Of a stretch of DNA of 64,000 nucleotides, positions 44,381-58,200 are shown piece by piece. Made by a program: the position numbers and the translations under genes. The DNA is from Tubulanus polymorphus (taxonomy: Eukaryota > Animalia > Nemertea). The notes beneath the pieces were generated by a model. The model did not search any database. It was not told where the DNA came from and saw nothing but the letters and a program-made list of their open reading frames with translations. The stretch spans positions 31,762,788 through 31,826,787 of the forward strand of contig NC_134025.1 of the NCBI RefSeq assembly GCF_964204645.1, read 5' to 3'. Position 1 is the first letter of the stretch. Every line of letters starts with the position of its first letter.

Positions 44381-44638
44381 GTGTGTATCTCATCCTGTAA
44401 CTGAGAGTAAAACAGTAATTTTTAGTTCAAAAATAATTAAAAATATCAACAGAGACTGTGAAGAATTCTGTGGAGAAATTCATTACCAGTTTTGTACTTA
44501 CCTTTAAATGAGCCTGTTTAAATAGTAAATTATATTGCATTCATTTCATTCTGAAAAGAAAAAGAAACAATAATCAGTGGCAATAGAGCAGAATGTAACA
44601 TCTCAAATTATCAATCAATCAGACAGAAACAGTACAGG

Positions 44639-47600
44639 ATTTCTGTAGATTAAACTGCTGTACTTATTTCATACTGATTGTACAGTTACAGATACATGTA
44701 ACATTGTGTACAGATACAGAGTACAGATCACTGCATTACTTCATCCTGTGATTGAACAGTGATTTAATGTTCTCTCATCTTCATTAGATTCCCATCCGTC
44801 TAACTAAAACATCAGAACATTTTAACTCATCTAACCTCCCGACCCGACCCTCCAAGACCCCTTCCCTCCCGCCCTCCCAAACCCCTTCCCTCCCGCCTTC
44901 CCTGACCCCTTCCCTCCCACCCTCCCATACCCCTTCCCTCCCGGACCCCTTCCCTCTCGCCCTCCTGGACCCCTCCCTCAAGTCAATGCCCTCCCACCTG
45001 GCCCACCCTCAATGCCCTCCCTCAATGCCCTCCCGTCATGCCTCCTCAACTCTCTTGTCTCCTCTTCACACACCACTCATCTGTACAATAACTACAAAAC
45101 GATTTGCCATTTTTCACAATCATATCAATTTCATTTATAAATCAAAATCCTTTATCAATTGCATCATTGAAGGGACTCACAGATACTTTCTCTACACATT
45201 TTGGAGGCATTCAGATGACCTCAAATGATCATATGCCTGGGTTGGTCTTGAAAATCACATGGCTTCATTTTTACAGATGATTTCTTTATCAATTTCATCA
45301 AATTATTCCTTTTATTTCTACTCCCTCTAATAAGTATTCACAATATATCTCAGTTTCACGACAAGTTGCAGCAGTCGTCTGTAAACAGATTTCATTTCAT
45401 CAAATGATGCGAGTTTGAGTTGTAGAGGTTTCATCTACAAAACATCAAACCAAACCCGAGGAACTTAATGTTGTAAGGGAGGGGGAGGTATACGGAGGGT
45501 TCACCCGAACCGAGGAAATAAACCCGAACCAAATCTCCACACTCACAAAATGTCGTGAGAAAGGCAAACACAAACCAAGGACAAGAATGATGGCTGAGAT
45601 CAAAACAATTAATGCTATTTATGTTGCTTCACCAATTCAACATGACGTCACTAAATGAAACCATTGTGGACTATTTCAATACTCTCTACTAGAGGTTTCA
45701 TATAAGCAAGTAGTTTATGGAATCCTATTCATAAAAGTTATTAATCAATGTTTTTAAACTGCTGATGCAAAATATATACGTCATTAAATAATCTGTTTGA
45801 TTGTCTTTTCAAGTTAACACTTAAACCCAGTGGAACAAATCAAACTCCAGCCATTTTTCCTTCATTTGCCATTTTTCGTTTTTACTCTTTTCTCTGATTT
45901 TTAGCACTTGAGTCGAGGTAGGAATAGACCCCTGCCCGCTCGCTAAGCGTGCAGGACACTAAACCTTCGAATTGCTCTCGGACCCCACTCTTTATATCAG
46001 CATTTCATGCTGTTTTATTTTATTCACGCATTGGCTTAACATTTTTTCATATGGCTTTTCCTTATTTGTCGTCTCACTAAAATTCTCATCAGTTCCGACT
46101 GGGATCAAGTTTAATCTTTTAGAGACAAACAGCAAAAGGTTGTGTTAGTTGCACCAGCAGCAGCAGCTGCAGCAACACTGATACAGATGAATCTTTCATT
46201 AACTACGTCATTTGTTCCATTCTCAAATATTGAGTCATGAAGGCAACAGAAATAACTTTAAAAAACGTTAAATCTTTCATTCATGGCCTTGGTTTAGTGA
46301 CCTAAGCGTCAAAGTTTGGTTCATAGCCCAGGTTTGGTGACCAAAGAGTCAAAGTTTGGTTCATGGCTCAGGTTTATTGACCAAAGAGTCAAAGTTTGGT
46401 TCATAGCTCAGGTTTAGTGACCAAAGAGTCAAAGTTTGGTTCATAGCCCAGGTTTATTGACCAAAGAGTCAAAGTTTGGTTCATGGCTCAGGTTTAGTGA
46501 CCAAAGAGTCAAAGTTTGGTTCATAGCCCTGTTTTGGTGACCAAAGAGTCAAAGTTTGGTCTATGGTTCTGATTTGGTGACCACGGAGGGTAAATATAGC
46601 TCATGGCCCTCGTTAAAGGTAAGTCAGTTTTATGGCTCTGGTTTGATTAGCAAATAACATGAGAAATTGAGCGTTGCATATGTTGAATAGGGGAATTGAA
46701 CTAAACACTCATCACTAGAATAAAGTGAAGAATTATGTTCACACTGAATGGGCTCAAAATCTTGGACTAATTGATAAAATCTGAAATAATTCTGACTAAT
46801 TTGAGTCTATCGGAAAATGATGCATTGATCGAATTCTAAAAGCTATAAACTGACAAATTGATCGAGCGCTGATAATATTTTAAATAACAGCGGAGGATGA
46901 AATAACTTTCATAAACTGATATGATCGTGAAAAATGGCAAAATACACTAGATACACCTCCCCCACGCTTTATCAGAGTCTCATTGTAGTAGGAAGATTGC
47001 CGTAGCCTAACTGTAAAAACTACAACTACATCTGGTTGAATATCATTTGTTTTTACGCCTTTTAAATTCAATAAAATATTTCCTGATAGAAGTAAAATTA
47101 GTTCGCAGCCCCTTAAATTCTGTCTAGAATAGAATTATAAGTGACAGGTAGAAATAGAATATTATCCTATTCTAAAATGAATATAATAATAGAACAATAG
47201 TCTCTCCGTGTCAATCTTTGTCCCACCTAAAAATTGTACAGTTTATTTCAGAAAATGTGTCCCATCTTTTTGAAAAGGATAACTAATTATTAAGGATATC
47301 TATGAATAGTGATATACTGTGCCATGAAGGCAAATGAAGAAGTGTGTCCATAAAAGTGATTACAAAACATATCACTTATTCTAATGAGTTCTATACTCTT
47401 CTTCCAAAAATGAAGAGTAGGTCTCTGTCTAAGAATCTGCAGAAAAAAGAGGAAGCAGCGATGAATGTGAACTGCATCTCGACTCTCGTCAATAATTTTC
47501 TAAGTCGTCCTATACAGTTCTCAGTATTTACAGCCGTTTTTAAAATAGCACAGAAGAAAATACATCTTTCAGCTGGAAATGTATCAGTAAACGGCCAGAT

Positions 47601-48427
47601 ATCAACAGTAATTATTACGTATGATTGTTGTTTCATTGAATTATTAATGAAACCGTGTTTTGATCGGAGCCAAGGAGCAGTTTGTGATCATTCAAAAAAT
47701 ATCTCTCATTCCTGACCACATTAAATAATGGCCCTAAAAATTGAAACGTCCCAATTCAAAAATCCGGGGCAATTATCTTATAACGATTGAGAGAAGTGAC
47801 GGTGAAATTACGTGCGCACTCACCGGGGATCAAACCCGGGTCTCATAGAAATAACAACCAGTAAAATAGAACGAGTCCAATTGGCCGATGCTTATACAGC
47901 TTACTGTAACATGACATGTTGCGACCACATGACGTGTTTCATAATGATTAATCCTTTCTTAGAATAATAAAAAGATGGGACACATTTTCTGAAATATCCT
48001 GAATTTCGAAACTAAAACTAAAACTAAACCACCTGTACCTGTACCTAAAACCCCACCCTATATCCCTCCCTCCAAAGTCCTACCACCACCCCTACATCCC
48101 TCCCGCCCTCCCTCACCGCTTCCCTCCCGCCCTCCCGGACCCTTTCCCTCCCGCCCTCCCTCACCCCTTCCCTCCCGCCCTCCCTCACCCCTTACCTCCC
48201 CCAAACCTACCCACCCTCCCTAAACCCTGTGGTTAGGTGAGATGAATGTTCTGATGTTTTAGTTAGACGGATGGGAATCTAATGAAGATGAGAGAACATT
48301 AAATCACTGTTCAATCACAGGATGAAGTAATGCAGTGATCTGTACTCTGTATCGGTACACAATGTTACATGTATCTGTAACTGTACAATCAGTATGAAAT
48401 AAGTACAGCAGTTTAAACTATAGAAAT
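44639..48427. repeat. ~200-bp inverted repeat pair flanking ~3.4 kb (also 55725-59819)
   Basis: 44639-44836 is the reverse complement of 48231-48427. Confidence 0.9.
46283..46583. repeat. 40-bp minisatellite, ~7 copies (~14 copies at 57381-57960)
   Basis: Unit CAGGTTTAGTGACCAAAGAGTCAAAGTTTGGTTCATAGCC. Confidence 0.95.
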
Positions 48428-49200
48428 TCTAACTCTCAAGATACACATGATCTGATTGTCACGAAGAAACATGATCGATAACAGTTGTATTATTGACATC
48501 AGGAACCAGTTTCATATTGATTAAAAATAACATTTGAGTTGACCACAATTTAGAAAACCTGTAAACCCGCTTACAGAAATAACAATCCCAACCATGAACT
48601 GATTATAGTCAAATATTCATCAAAAGAAATTTGAAATGATTGAATAAATGCAACAGGTTTCTGAGATTTCATTTCAAAACATGGTTCATAACAAACAATA
48701 TAAAATTGGTCCCTTAAAATCAATTCAACAACCGATAAATAAAGATTAATGTTACTTATCTTGAATTTCCACATAGGCTATAGTGATTCCTGATGTCATG
48801 CTGAATCCAAGAGTGATTCCCGATGTCCGGCGCGAAACCAAAAAAGTCTGATTGTGAAACACTGATTCCTTGTTGTCCTGTGCTGAATCTAAGAGTGATT
48901 CTTGTTTTGAAGTGATACCTATAATAGACAAATCTAAGATTGTTTTCTTTCCTTAGAAATAACTGCAGAAATATCAAATCTAAAATTCAAACTTACAAAT
49001 TAGATTGTTCACTCCAATCTGCAGTTCATTTATTCACGGGGTTTTTCTATCCACAGTTTAGGTTTTGCATCTAGAGTTGAACATGAAATATAAACAAAAA
49101 GGTAATGAAAAAATGAACAGTTTAAATATTATCTGTTTCTGAAACCGATGAAGATCATCATCATCAATATCACAGACGAATGGAGGCAAGTAGAGGCATC

Positions 49201-49497
49201 CATCCTCCCGCAGCAGGGACTCAAACCTGATGGCATCCAGATTGCCACGGTACGAAACCCTGCCACACTAGACCGAGTGCGCAGCAGCTACACGCGCAGC
49301 TTAGATGATGTCATTAATAGCCAATCAGATATTAAGTTTCATTTTAGCCCAGGTTTTACCATTTATAGTTCTTCAGGTTTTTGTGCGGCAAAGCTGCGCA
49401 TGTACCTGCGCACCCGGTCTAGTGTGGCAGGGGTTCATGCTGTGGCTGAGTGTAGCGAGCGATGTCATCAGGTTGGAATCCCTCCCATGGGAGGATG
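49201..49497. mobile_element. Head-to-head pair of tRNA-derived SINE-like heads (also ~60596-60892)
   Basis: Minus copy 49302-49201 and plus copy 49391-49497 share AAGCTGCGC..CGGTCTAGTGTGGCAGGG..CATCAGGTT(C/G)GAATCCCT..GGGAGGATG; A and B boxes present. Confidence 0.6.
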
Positions 49498-50738
49498 TTG
49501 GTGTCCGACACGTTTGGACTGCTGTGGTGATTAATATCGGTTTAGCGACAGATGAAATAAACTTACACTGTTTTCACTGTTTGATGTAATCAGTCGATGG
49601 AATCATTTTAGAACAAATTCATTACAAAACAGCGAGGTGAAGCCCATCGTGGTCTAGATATATCATGATGGAATGACGTCATGCTTGACTGAGCGCCACC
49701 AAGTGCACCGTTTGTAGGATGTACCTCTGAAAAAATTTGATTTACCACAATATCTGAGATGGAATATTTTTCGCCATTTAAACCAATGTTACAAACACTT
49801 ACCAAATATTGAAATACTGATTTCAGGGGTCGGGAAGGAGGGTGGCAATGTTTAGGTGAGGTTTTTGCTAAATTTCGTGTTATGGTAAAGCACCCCATTT
49901 TGATATTGCGTCATAGTGTACCTCAGATTGGGATTCCCGCCGCTAGACTGGTCATCGCCACCTGCATTCGCAAATAGAAATGGCAACCAGTCTATTGCAG
50001 GTATCGGCTTCTTTTCGATTATATTGGATTTTTATATTCTACGCATCAAAGAATTTATTCTAATGAAACCCACGCTCTTGGATCAAAGGCCCGTGGATTA
50101 CTACTTTAGTTCACAGAAATTCCGCTATCGTTATTCATGGGGGCAGCACTGAACGGTTGTTATCTGATGCATTCTTGCTATTTTACTGTGGCATGTGAGG
50201 AATACAGATTTTTCTTAAGTCAAATTTCATTCATCACTCAACACTAGTTTGTTAGAAATTAATAACTCTACCAACATTAGAGCTTTATATAAGGAGAGTA
50301 AATGGTATGATAGAATCTCACTAATTCCGATCATTGGGACCAACAAAATTCATCCGTTTTACGGCAAATCCGGATTTAAAAGTCATTTTCGTGTATATTA
50401 ATGATTAAATTGACTGTAAATATTATCCGGATTAGACCAAAATTCGGATTAAGCCGATTCGGATTAAACGATTTAGTTTGACTGTATTAGCCAATAGAAT
50501 CAGTCTTGGAATACAGAAAGACGTTCACGATTGAGTTATGTACAAATACCGATATGAGAAAAGCTTAGATTCACCTCCTAAGCCATCACCCATGGAACTG
50601 GCCCCAGGGCACTAAAAAGGCAATTACCAAGAAACAAACACTGACGCGAGTGTTGGCCTGTTTAATAAACGCAGTAACCCTAGTGTTGGCCTTGTACCAC
50701 ACTGACCACTCGCAATCACAAACTAGGTCAGCCATCAG

Positions 50739-50840
50739 AACTCAGCGGTCTAGTGGTTAGCGTGCTCGGCTGGCATGCTGGAGGTCGCAGGTTCGAGTCC
50801 TGCTAGGGTTAGGGTTACGGTCGATCTAGGGTTAGGGTTA
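50739..50840 (+). mobile_element. tRNA(Ala)-like element with telomeric blocks, array copy 2
   Basis: As copy 1; two CTAGGGTTAGGGTTA blocks separated by CGGTCGAT. Confidence 0.6.
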
Positions 50841-52041
50841 GTGCCTCAGGTTGGGGCTAATTTTTGGCCCAGCTAGGTATTTGTAGTACGATGATCATCT
50901 GTTTGACTCGGGTTATTTTTTGGTCAATAGATTCTATACTAACTTATATATTTTGAACACAAATATTTTTTGCTTTATCCTTAGAAGCCACTTTATTTAA
51001 AAGATACTTCGCTCAATACAGTAGTTTATTTCTGAATGAATGAAAGAGTTGGTGACATTATTCAATATATATAAAAACCACAATATCTATTTTACGGTTG
51101 GTATGCAACAATTTCCACTCTTTTCCATATAGGTGTCGATTTGGATAAATGTCTATATCTCTTGACCCAATGGACCGATTACGATTTAACTTGTTACACA
51201 GGAACTTTTATCAAGTAGTACTCGGGGTGGGTGAAATCGCTCTAGGTTGAAGTTACACTGTCCTAAAATGGCTCCAAACAACGTGAAATTGGTAGTTAGG
51301 CCTACTACGAGTACGGGTAGAACACAGTTTGAAATCGTATCGTTGTAGGTTATCGTAAAGAAGATGAATCCGTAGGCACCTAATACGACGATTAACAGTA
51401 CAAATATCGTTATAGACACGGTTTTAGTCGAGACATTGATCGCCGGGTTTAAACATTCCTGGATATGACCATGTTTCACAATTAAATTCATCATCTAAAT
51501 GAGGACGACCATCGAACACGTGTCTAATCGCATCATAATGGGTACGGGGTGTCCCGCGTTCGAACCAAGTAATTACTGATTCTGATTGGTCCTGATGCTG
51601 ATTAGATGATGTACAGGGGTGTCCCGGGTTCGAACTCAGTAGTGGTCCAAGTTGTCCTGATGCTGAATGGAGGATGTACAGTGGTGTCCCGACCGTACGG
51701 TGCTGCCGCTATGCTCATCGTTAGCGGGATTTCCATACACTAACTGAAGTCAACTCTGGCAATCGTCGTGCTGTCCAGTTATACTCCGTTACCCTTGCTT
51801 GCCAGAGTTGACTTACGTTAGCGTATGAAAATCCCGCTACCGATGAGCATAGAGGCAGCACCGTACGGTAAAATGTTGATATCTTAACAATAGTAATTAC
51901 TGATAACTGATTCAGAGAGGATGTACAGGGTATCCCGGGTTCAAATCCGGTCTATTGGCACTGATTCAGAGAGGTCCTGATGCTGATTAGATGATGTACA
52001 GGGGTGTCCCGGGTTCGAACCCAGCTCTATTCTAGGCTGTT

Positions 52042-52206
52042 GGGATCATTCATTTATTACGTACGCATAAAATTTGAAATTTTCAACCCCCCTCCCCCTC
52101 TGTACGCAAAATCAGCCATTTTCTCATATACATTAAGCATTACAGTACGCAATTGCACTGACCCCCTCCCCCTCCCCTAATGCGTACGTAATAAATGAAT
52201 GACCCA
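52042..52206. mobile_element. 165-bp MITE (PIF/Harbinger-like) with 3-bp TSD, present only in copy 2
   Basis: TIR GGGATCATTCATTTATTACGTACGCAT / ATGCGTACGTAATAAATGAATGACCCA, flanked by GTT on both sides; the empty sites at ~40620 and ~63508 have a single GTT. Confidence 0.85.
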
Positions 52207-55200
52207 GTTTCTCGAAAAATGATAAAATAACGCACACACGACTTACAGCAAAATTTATCTACATTTATTCCTCATTGTCATGTAATGCACCAGCCTTTTT
52301 AAAAATAGTAGTTGGACCATCGAATTGAAACCCTCGCATACCAGGGTGAAAAAGAATAAATGAATCCCTCGAGTGGACACCAGGGGTCGCAGTTTCACAA
52401 AAAACGATACATTTTTTAAATGAATTTGCGAAGAAATTTAATCTGGATCAAATCTCATAAAAAAGACAAAACAGATGAACTCTTCTTTTTTGTTAATCTT
52501 TGATGATAATAAATCCGTATATGTGAAACCGTACCCTCGGTAGGATTTGGTTTATGATGCGAGGGTTTCAATCAGATTTAGATGCTGCAGTTTCGCACAC
52601 TGAATAGCGAGTGTCCAGTTTCACAGAGAAAGGATGAATCAATTTCAACTTGGATTTAATTTTTTCTTCAAAATAAAATGTTTGAACGCAATTGGATCGT
52701 GAAACTCTATACCCTAGGGTAAGTTTCTTCAAAAATATTCATTCATTGAGGTGATAATTATTTCTATGAAACTGAACCCGTGGGATTTACGTGTGACGCA
52801 CCGAGTGTGTGTGAAACTGCTGGCGTCTGTAATCACAACTAAAACAACACAGAAAATTCATCTTTATTTCAAATAAAACAGAACAACAGTTCACACGAAA
52901 TATTATAGTCACATCATAAAGAAAACCTGTCGATATTTCAACTTTATGGTTTCATTGATTGAGTGACTTGTCAAAACATGTCCATATTACATCATTATAC
53001 AATATGTGTATCATACAATTGTTTTACAAAACCAGAGACTTAATCTTCAATTTCAATTTTCACTAAAACTTTAAAACCCACTATATAGCAATTTAATAGA
53101 AGTAAAAGAGACAACATTTTGGAGTCTCTGTAGAGACCATCATCAAGTCTGAAGAATAACTAAAACAGGGAAAAACAAGTTAATTAGGAAAGTAAAGCGA
53201 GTGTTCAGTGCTAAGGTTGAGAGGTTTTGTTATTTTGTTCGTATAGGTTGTTCTAGTTATTTCTTCATTATACTTTTATTATTTTGATTCTGATTCTTGA
53301 TAAATGAATTATGCTTTTTAAATTTGCATATAGCAGGGTTTAAATTATATATTCTATGCCCGAGTCAGGCTATTATTCTATTAGCAAAAATGACACCACA
53401 GCTTTGAGAGATCAGGGGATCAGGGGATGACTCTATTGTTTTTATGGATATGTGAACCATCACAAACAGAACAACAGTAGGCTGCCCGTGCCGGTCGGCA
53501 CATATGAACAATATTCATTTGGCTTTAAACTTAAAAATTGCAGATCTGAAATAAGTGGCAGCATATCAATCTCCAGGTAGATGGCTGGTTCCTGTCCCTG
53601 TCAAATGGCAAATTGGTCCCGATCACCACTTCGTCCTAGAATAGAGAAAACTTGCGTCAGCAAATATTACATTGAAAATGTTCGATTGAATTAACAGTCA
53701 AGTGGGAATTGTTGTTTTCACGAAATATTTCGGAAACTAGAATTTATCATTACCTTATAATTCTAGATAATTCAACACCATTATTCAATCTTTGGTCAAT
53801 TTTCAAACTGTTCAATTGGACAAATTTCATGCTGCAAAAAATCATCATACTATGAAAAAGTAACGTATTTATAGCAGTCTGAAATTGGGGCTAAATTCTA
53901 TTAGAAAATCAATCATTTTCAAACTTGTGTTTAGCAGAATTAAGCAGCATCAGCTGCAGCAGCATCAGCCGCACTGCTTTCCGGAGAATCACACATAAAA
54001 ATTCTCTACAGAATAATTAAATGTTAGAATATTATGAAATTAGAGCACAGTGGAGTGATGAAAGACTCACCATTTCAAAACTCATATCAGATAAGTTCAG
54101 TGCCATCTAACAGGATTTCACTTCCAACAGTCATAATCTCATGAAGTTAAGAGAACTGATGATTTTCTGAGAAAATAAATTCTTAAAACGATAGCAGCAG
54201 CTTCAGCAACTAGAGCTTCTTTACTCTTTGAAGGTGAATATTTTTAATTTCTCCAGTTCCAAAAAGTGTTGGGCGTATTGCATTCTGGAAAGAGAAAATT
54301 ATGCCAGAAAATGGTTAATGAAATAGATAGAAACTGCAACTTGTTTGTGTTCGATTGACAGAAAACCTACCAGGTTAATGAGTAGTTTATCACAATGTGT
54401 CGAGTATATGCAGATTTCTGAGAGGTTTGATGGTAGCTTTAGACTGCGTCCTCAAGTAAAACGTTGATACCTGCCAACATTGACCGATCAAAACATCATT
54501 TTCTGGACTTGATTTGAAGATCACCACAAATTACTGCAATAAATCGATATAAAACTCACCGTTTCTGACTTGTTTGATTTGTGGAGCGCAATGTTTACTG
54601 CAAGTTCAGCTTTATTTTGGACCCTAGAATACAAAAGTTGTATAATTTTGATGATTCGAACTTTCACCAGAATAGAAGTGATTGAAAATTCGCCTTCACT
54701 GATTAATGTAGCTTCTAATCAGGAAATGAGTTTATAAATGTACAGTCAAACAGAGACTAGAATCTGTAGAGATATTTACCGGTACTGTATTGGTTTTGAG
54801 GATCTAAAGCGATGTCCAAATGTGAAGTGAATTCCCAATGTTTACTGTTCACAGATTCTATCAAGAGTTCCAGTTATTTCAGCTCCTAAATACAAATTTT
54901 AGAAATTGTCAGTTAAGTTGTTATGAAATAAGAGCAGTTTCACACCAAATCAAACTAAGCCGTGATCTTTGAGTGATTGAATGCTGGAAACATAAACAGA
55001 TAGAATAATTTATATAGAACAGTTCTCTAAAAATAATGAATTTCCAAACAGGTTTTACCGGCTGCTGCTGCTGCTGTTGCAGCTGCTGGTGGCGCTGTTG
55101 CTGCATGGTGCTGGTACTGCGGGTACTGCCAGTGCTGCTGTTGCTTCTGCTGGTGGCGCTGTTGCAGCTGCTGGTGCTGCTGTTGTTGCATGGTGCTGGT

Positions 55201-58200
55201 ACTGCAGGTACTGCCAGTGCTGCTGTTGCAGCTGCTGGTGGCGCTGTTGCTGCATGGTGCTGGTACTGCGGGTACTGCCAGTGCTGCTGTTGCAGCTGCT
55301 GGTGGCGCTGTTGCTGCATGGTGCTGGTACTGCGGGTACTGCCAGTGCTGCTGTTGCAGCTGCTGGTGGCGCTGTTGCTGCATGGTGCTGGTACTGCGGG
55401 TACTGCCAGTACTGCTGTTGCAGCTGCTGGTGGCGCTGTTGCTGCATGGTGCTGGTACTGCAGGTACTGCCAGTGCTGCTGTTGTAACTGAGAGTAAAAC
55501 AGTAATTTTCAGTTCAAAAATAATTCAAAATATCAACAGAGACTGTGAATAATTCTGTGGAGAAAAACATTACCAGTTTTGTACTTACCTTAAATGAGCC
55601 TGTTTAAATAGTAAATTCTATTGCATTCATTTCATTCTGAAAAGAAAAAGAAGCAATAATCAGTGACAATAGAGCAGAATGTAACATCTCAAATTATCAA
55701 TCAATCAGACAGAAACAGTACAGGATTTCTGTAGATTAAACTGCTGTACTTATTTCATACTGATTGATCAGTTACAGATACATGTAACATTGTGTACAGA
55801 TACAGAGTACAGATCACTGCATTACTTCATCCTGTGATTGAACAGTGATTTAATGTTCTCTCATCTTCATTAGATTCCCATCCGTCTAACTAAAACATCA
55901 GAACATTTTAACTCATCTAACCTCCCGACCCGACCCTCCAAGACCCCTTCCCTCCCGCCCTCCCAAACCCCTTCCCTCCCGCCTTCCCTGACCCCTTCCC
56001 TCCCACCCTCCCATACCCCTTCCCTCCCGGACCCCTTCCCTCTCGCCCTCCTGGACCCCTCCCTCAAGTCAATGCCCTCCCACCTGGCCCACCCTCAATG
56101 CCCTCCCTCAATGCCCTCCCGTCATGCCTCCTCAACTCTCTTGTCTCCTCTTCACACACCACTCATCTGTACAATAACTACAAAACGATTTGCCATTTTT
56201 CACAATCATATCAATTTCATTTATAAATCAAAATCCTTTATCAATTGCATCATTGAAGGGACTCACAGATACTTTCTCTACACATTTTGGAGGCATTCAG
56301 ATGACCTCAAATGATCATATGCCTGGGTTGGTCTTGAAAATCACATGGCTTCATTTTTACAGATGATTTCTTTATCAATTTCATCAAATTATTCCTTTTA
56401 TTTCTACTCCCTCTAATAAGTATTCACAATATATCTCAGTTTCACGACAAGTTGCAGCAGTCGTCTGTAAACAGATTTCATTTCATCAAATGATGCGAGT
56501 TTGAGTTGTAGAGGTTTCATCTACAAAACATCAAACCAAACCCGAGGAACTTAATGTTGTAAGGGAGGGGGAGGTATACGGAGGGTTCACCCGAACCGAG
56601 GAAATAAGCCCGAACCAAACCTCCACACTCACAAAATGTCGCGAGAAAGGCAAACACAAACCAAGGACAAGAATGATGGCTGAGATCAAAACAATTAATG
56701 CTATTTATGTTGCTTCACCAATTCAACATGACGTCACTAAATGAAACCATTGTGGACTATTTCAATACTCTCTACTAGAGGTTTCATATAAGCAAGTAGT
56801 TTATGGAATCCTATTCATAAAAGTTATTAATCAATGTTTTTAAACTGCTGATGCAAAATATATACGTCATTAAATAATCTGTTTGATTGTCTTTTCAAGT
56901 TAACATTTAAACCCAGTGGAACAAATCAAACTCCAGCCATTTTTCCTTCATTTGCCATTTTTCGTTTTTACTCTTTCTCTGATTTTTAGCACTTGAGTCG
57001 AGGTAGGAATAGACCCCTGCCCGCTCGCTAAGCGTGCAGGACACTAAACCTTCGAATTGCTCTCGGACCCCACTCTTTATATCAGCATTTCATGCTGTTT
57101 TATTTTATTCACGCGTTTACATTTTTTCATATGGCTTTTCCTTATTTGTCGTCTCACTAAAATTCTCATCAGTTCCGACTGGGATCAAGTTTAATCTTTT
57201 AGAGACAAACAGCAAAAGGTTGTGTTAGTTGCACCAGCAGCAGCAGCAGCAGCTGCAGCAGCACCAGCAGCAACACTGATACAGATGAATCTTTCATTAA
57301 CTACGTCATTTGTTCCATTTTCAAATATTGAGTCATGAAGGCAACAGAAATAACTTTAAAAAACGTTAAATCTTTCATTTATGGCCTTGGTTTAGTGACC
57401 TAAGCGTCAAAGTTTGGTTCATGGCTCAGGTTTAGTGACCTAAGCGTCAAAGTTTGGTTCATAGCCCAGGTTTAGTGACCAAACAGTCAAAGTTTGGTTC
57501 ATAGCCCAGGTTTGGTGACCAAAGAGTCAAAGTTTGGTTCATGGCCCAGGTTTAGTGACCAAAGAGTCAAAGTTTGGTTCATAGCCCAGGTTTAGTGACC
57601 AAAGAGTCAAAGTTTGGTTCATAGCCCAGGTTTATTGACCAAAGAGTCAAAGTTTGGTTCATGGCCCAGGTTTGGTGACCAAAGAGTCAAAGTTTGGTTC
57701 ATAGCCCAGGTTTATTGACCAAAGAGTCAAAGTTTGGTTCATAGCCCAGGTTTAGTGACCAAAGAGTCAAAGTTTGGTTCATAGCCCTGTTTTGGTGACC
57801 AAAGAGTCAAAGTTTGGTTCATAGCCCAGGTTTATTGACCAAAGAGTCAAAGTTTGGTTCATAGCCCAGGTTTAGTGACCAAAGAGTCAAAGTTTGGTTC
57901 ATAGCCCTGTTTTGGTGACCAAAGAGTCAAAGTTTGGTCTATGGTTCTGATTTGGTGACCACGGAGGGTAAATATAGCTCATGGCCCTCGTTAAAGGTAA
58001 GTCAGTTTTATGGCTCTGGTTTGATTAGCAAATAACATGAGAAATTGAGCGTTGCATATGTTGAATAGGGGAATTGGACTAAACACTGATCACTAGAATA
58101 AAGTGAAGAATTATGTTCACACTGAATGGGCTGAACTTGACTAATTGATAAAGTCTGAAATAATTCTGACTAATTTGAGTCCATCAGAAAATGATGCATT

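Larger units (their letters stand above)
42595..48930 (-). pseudogene. Decayed multi-exon gene or spliced lncRNA within the 11.4 kb unit (repeated at ~54070-60320)
   Basis: Segments bounded by canonical AG/GT signals at about 44549-44502, 43411-43297, 43140-43077 and 42691-42596, plus acceptors near 48920, 45435 and 44395; several have in-frame stops; one reads as a degenerate ankyrin repeat. Confidence 0.45.
38800..50195. repeat. Tandem ~11.4 kb unit, copy 1
   Basis: Marker TGAGGAATACAGAT recurs at 38800, 50196 and 61599; the intervening sequence is colinear and highly similar. Confidence 0.95.
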
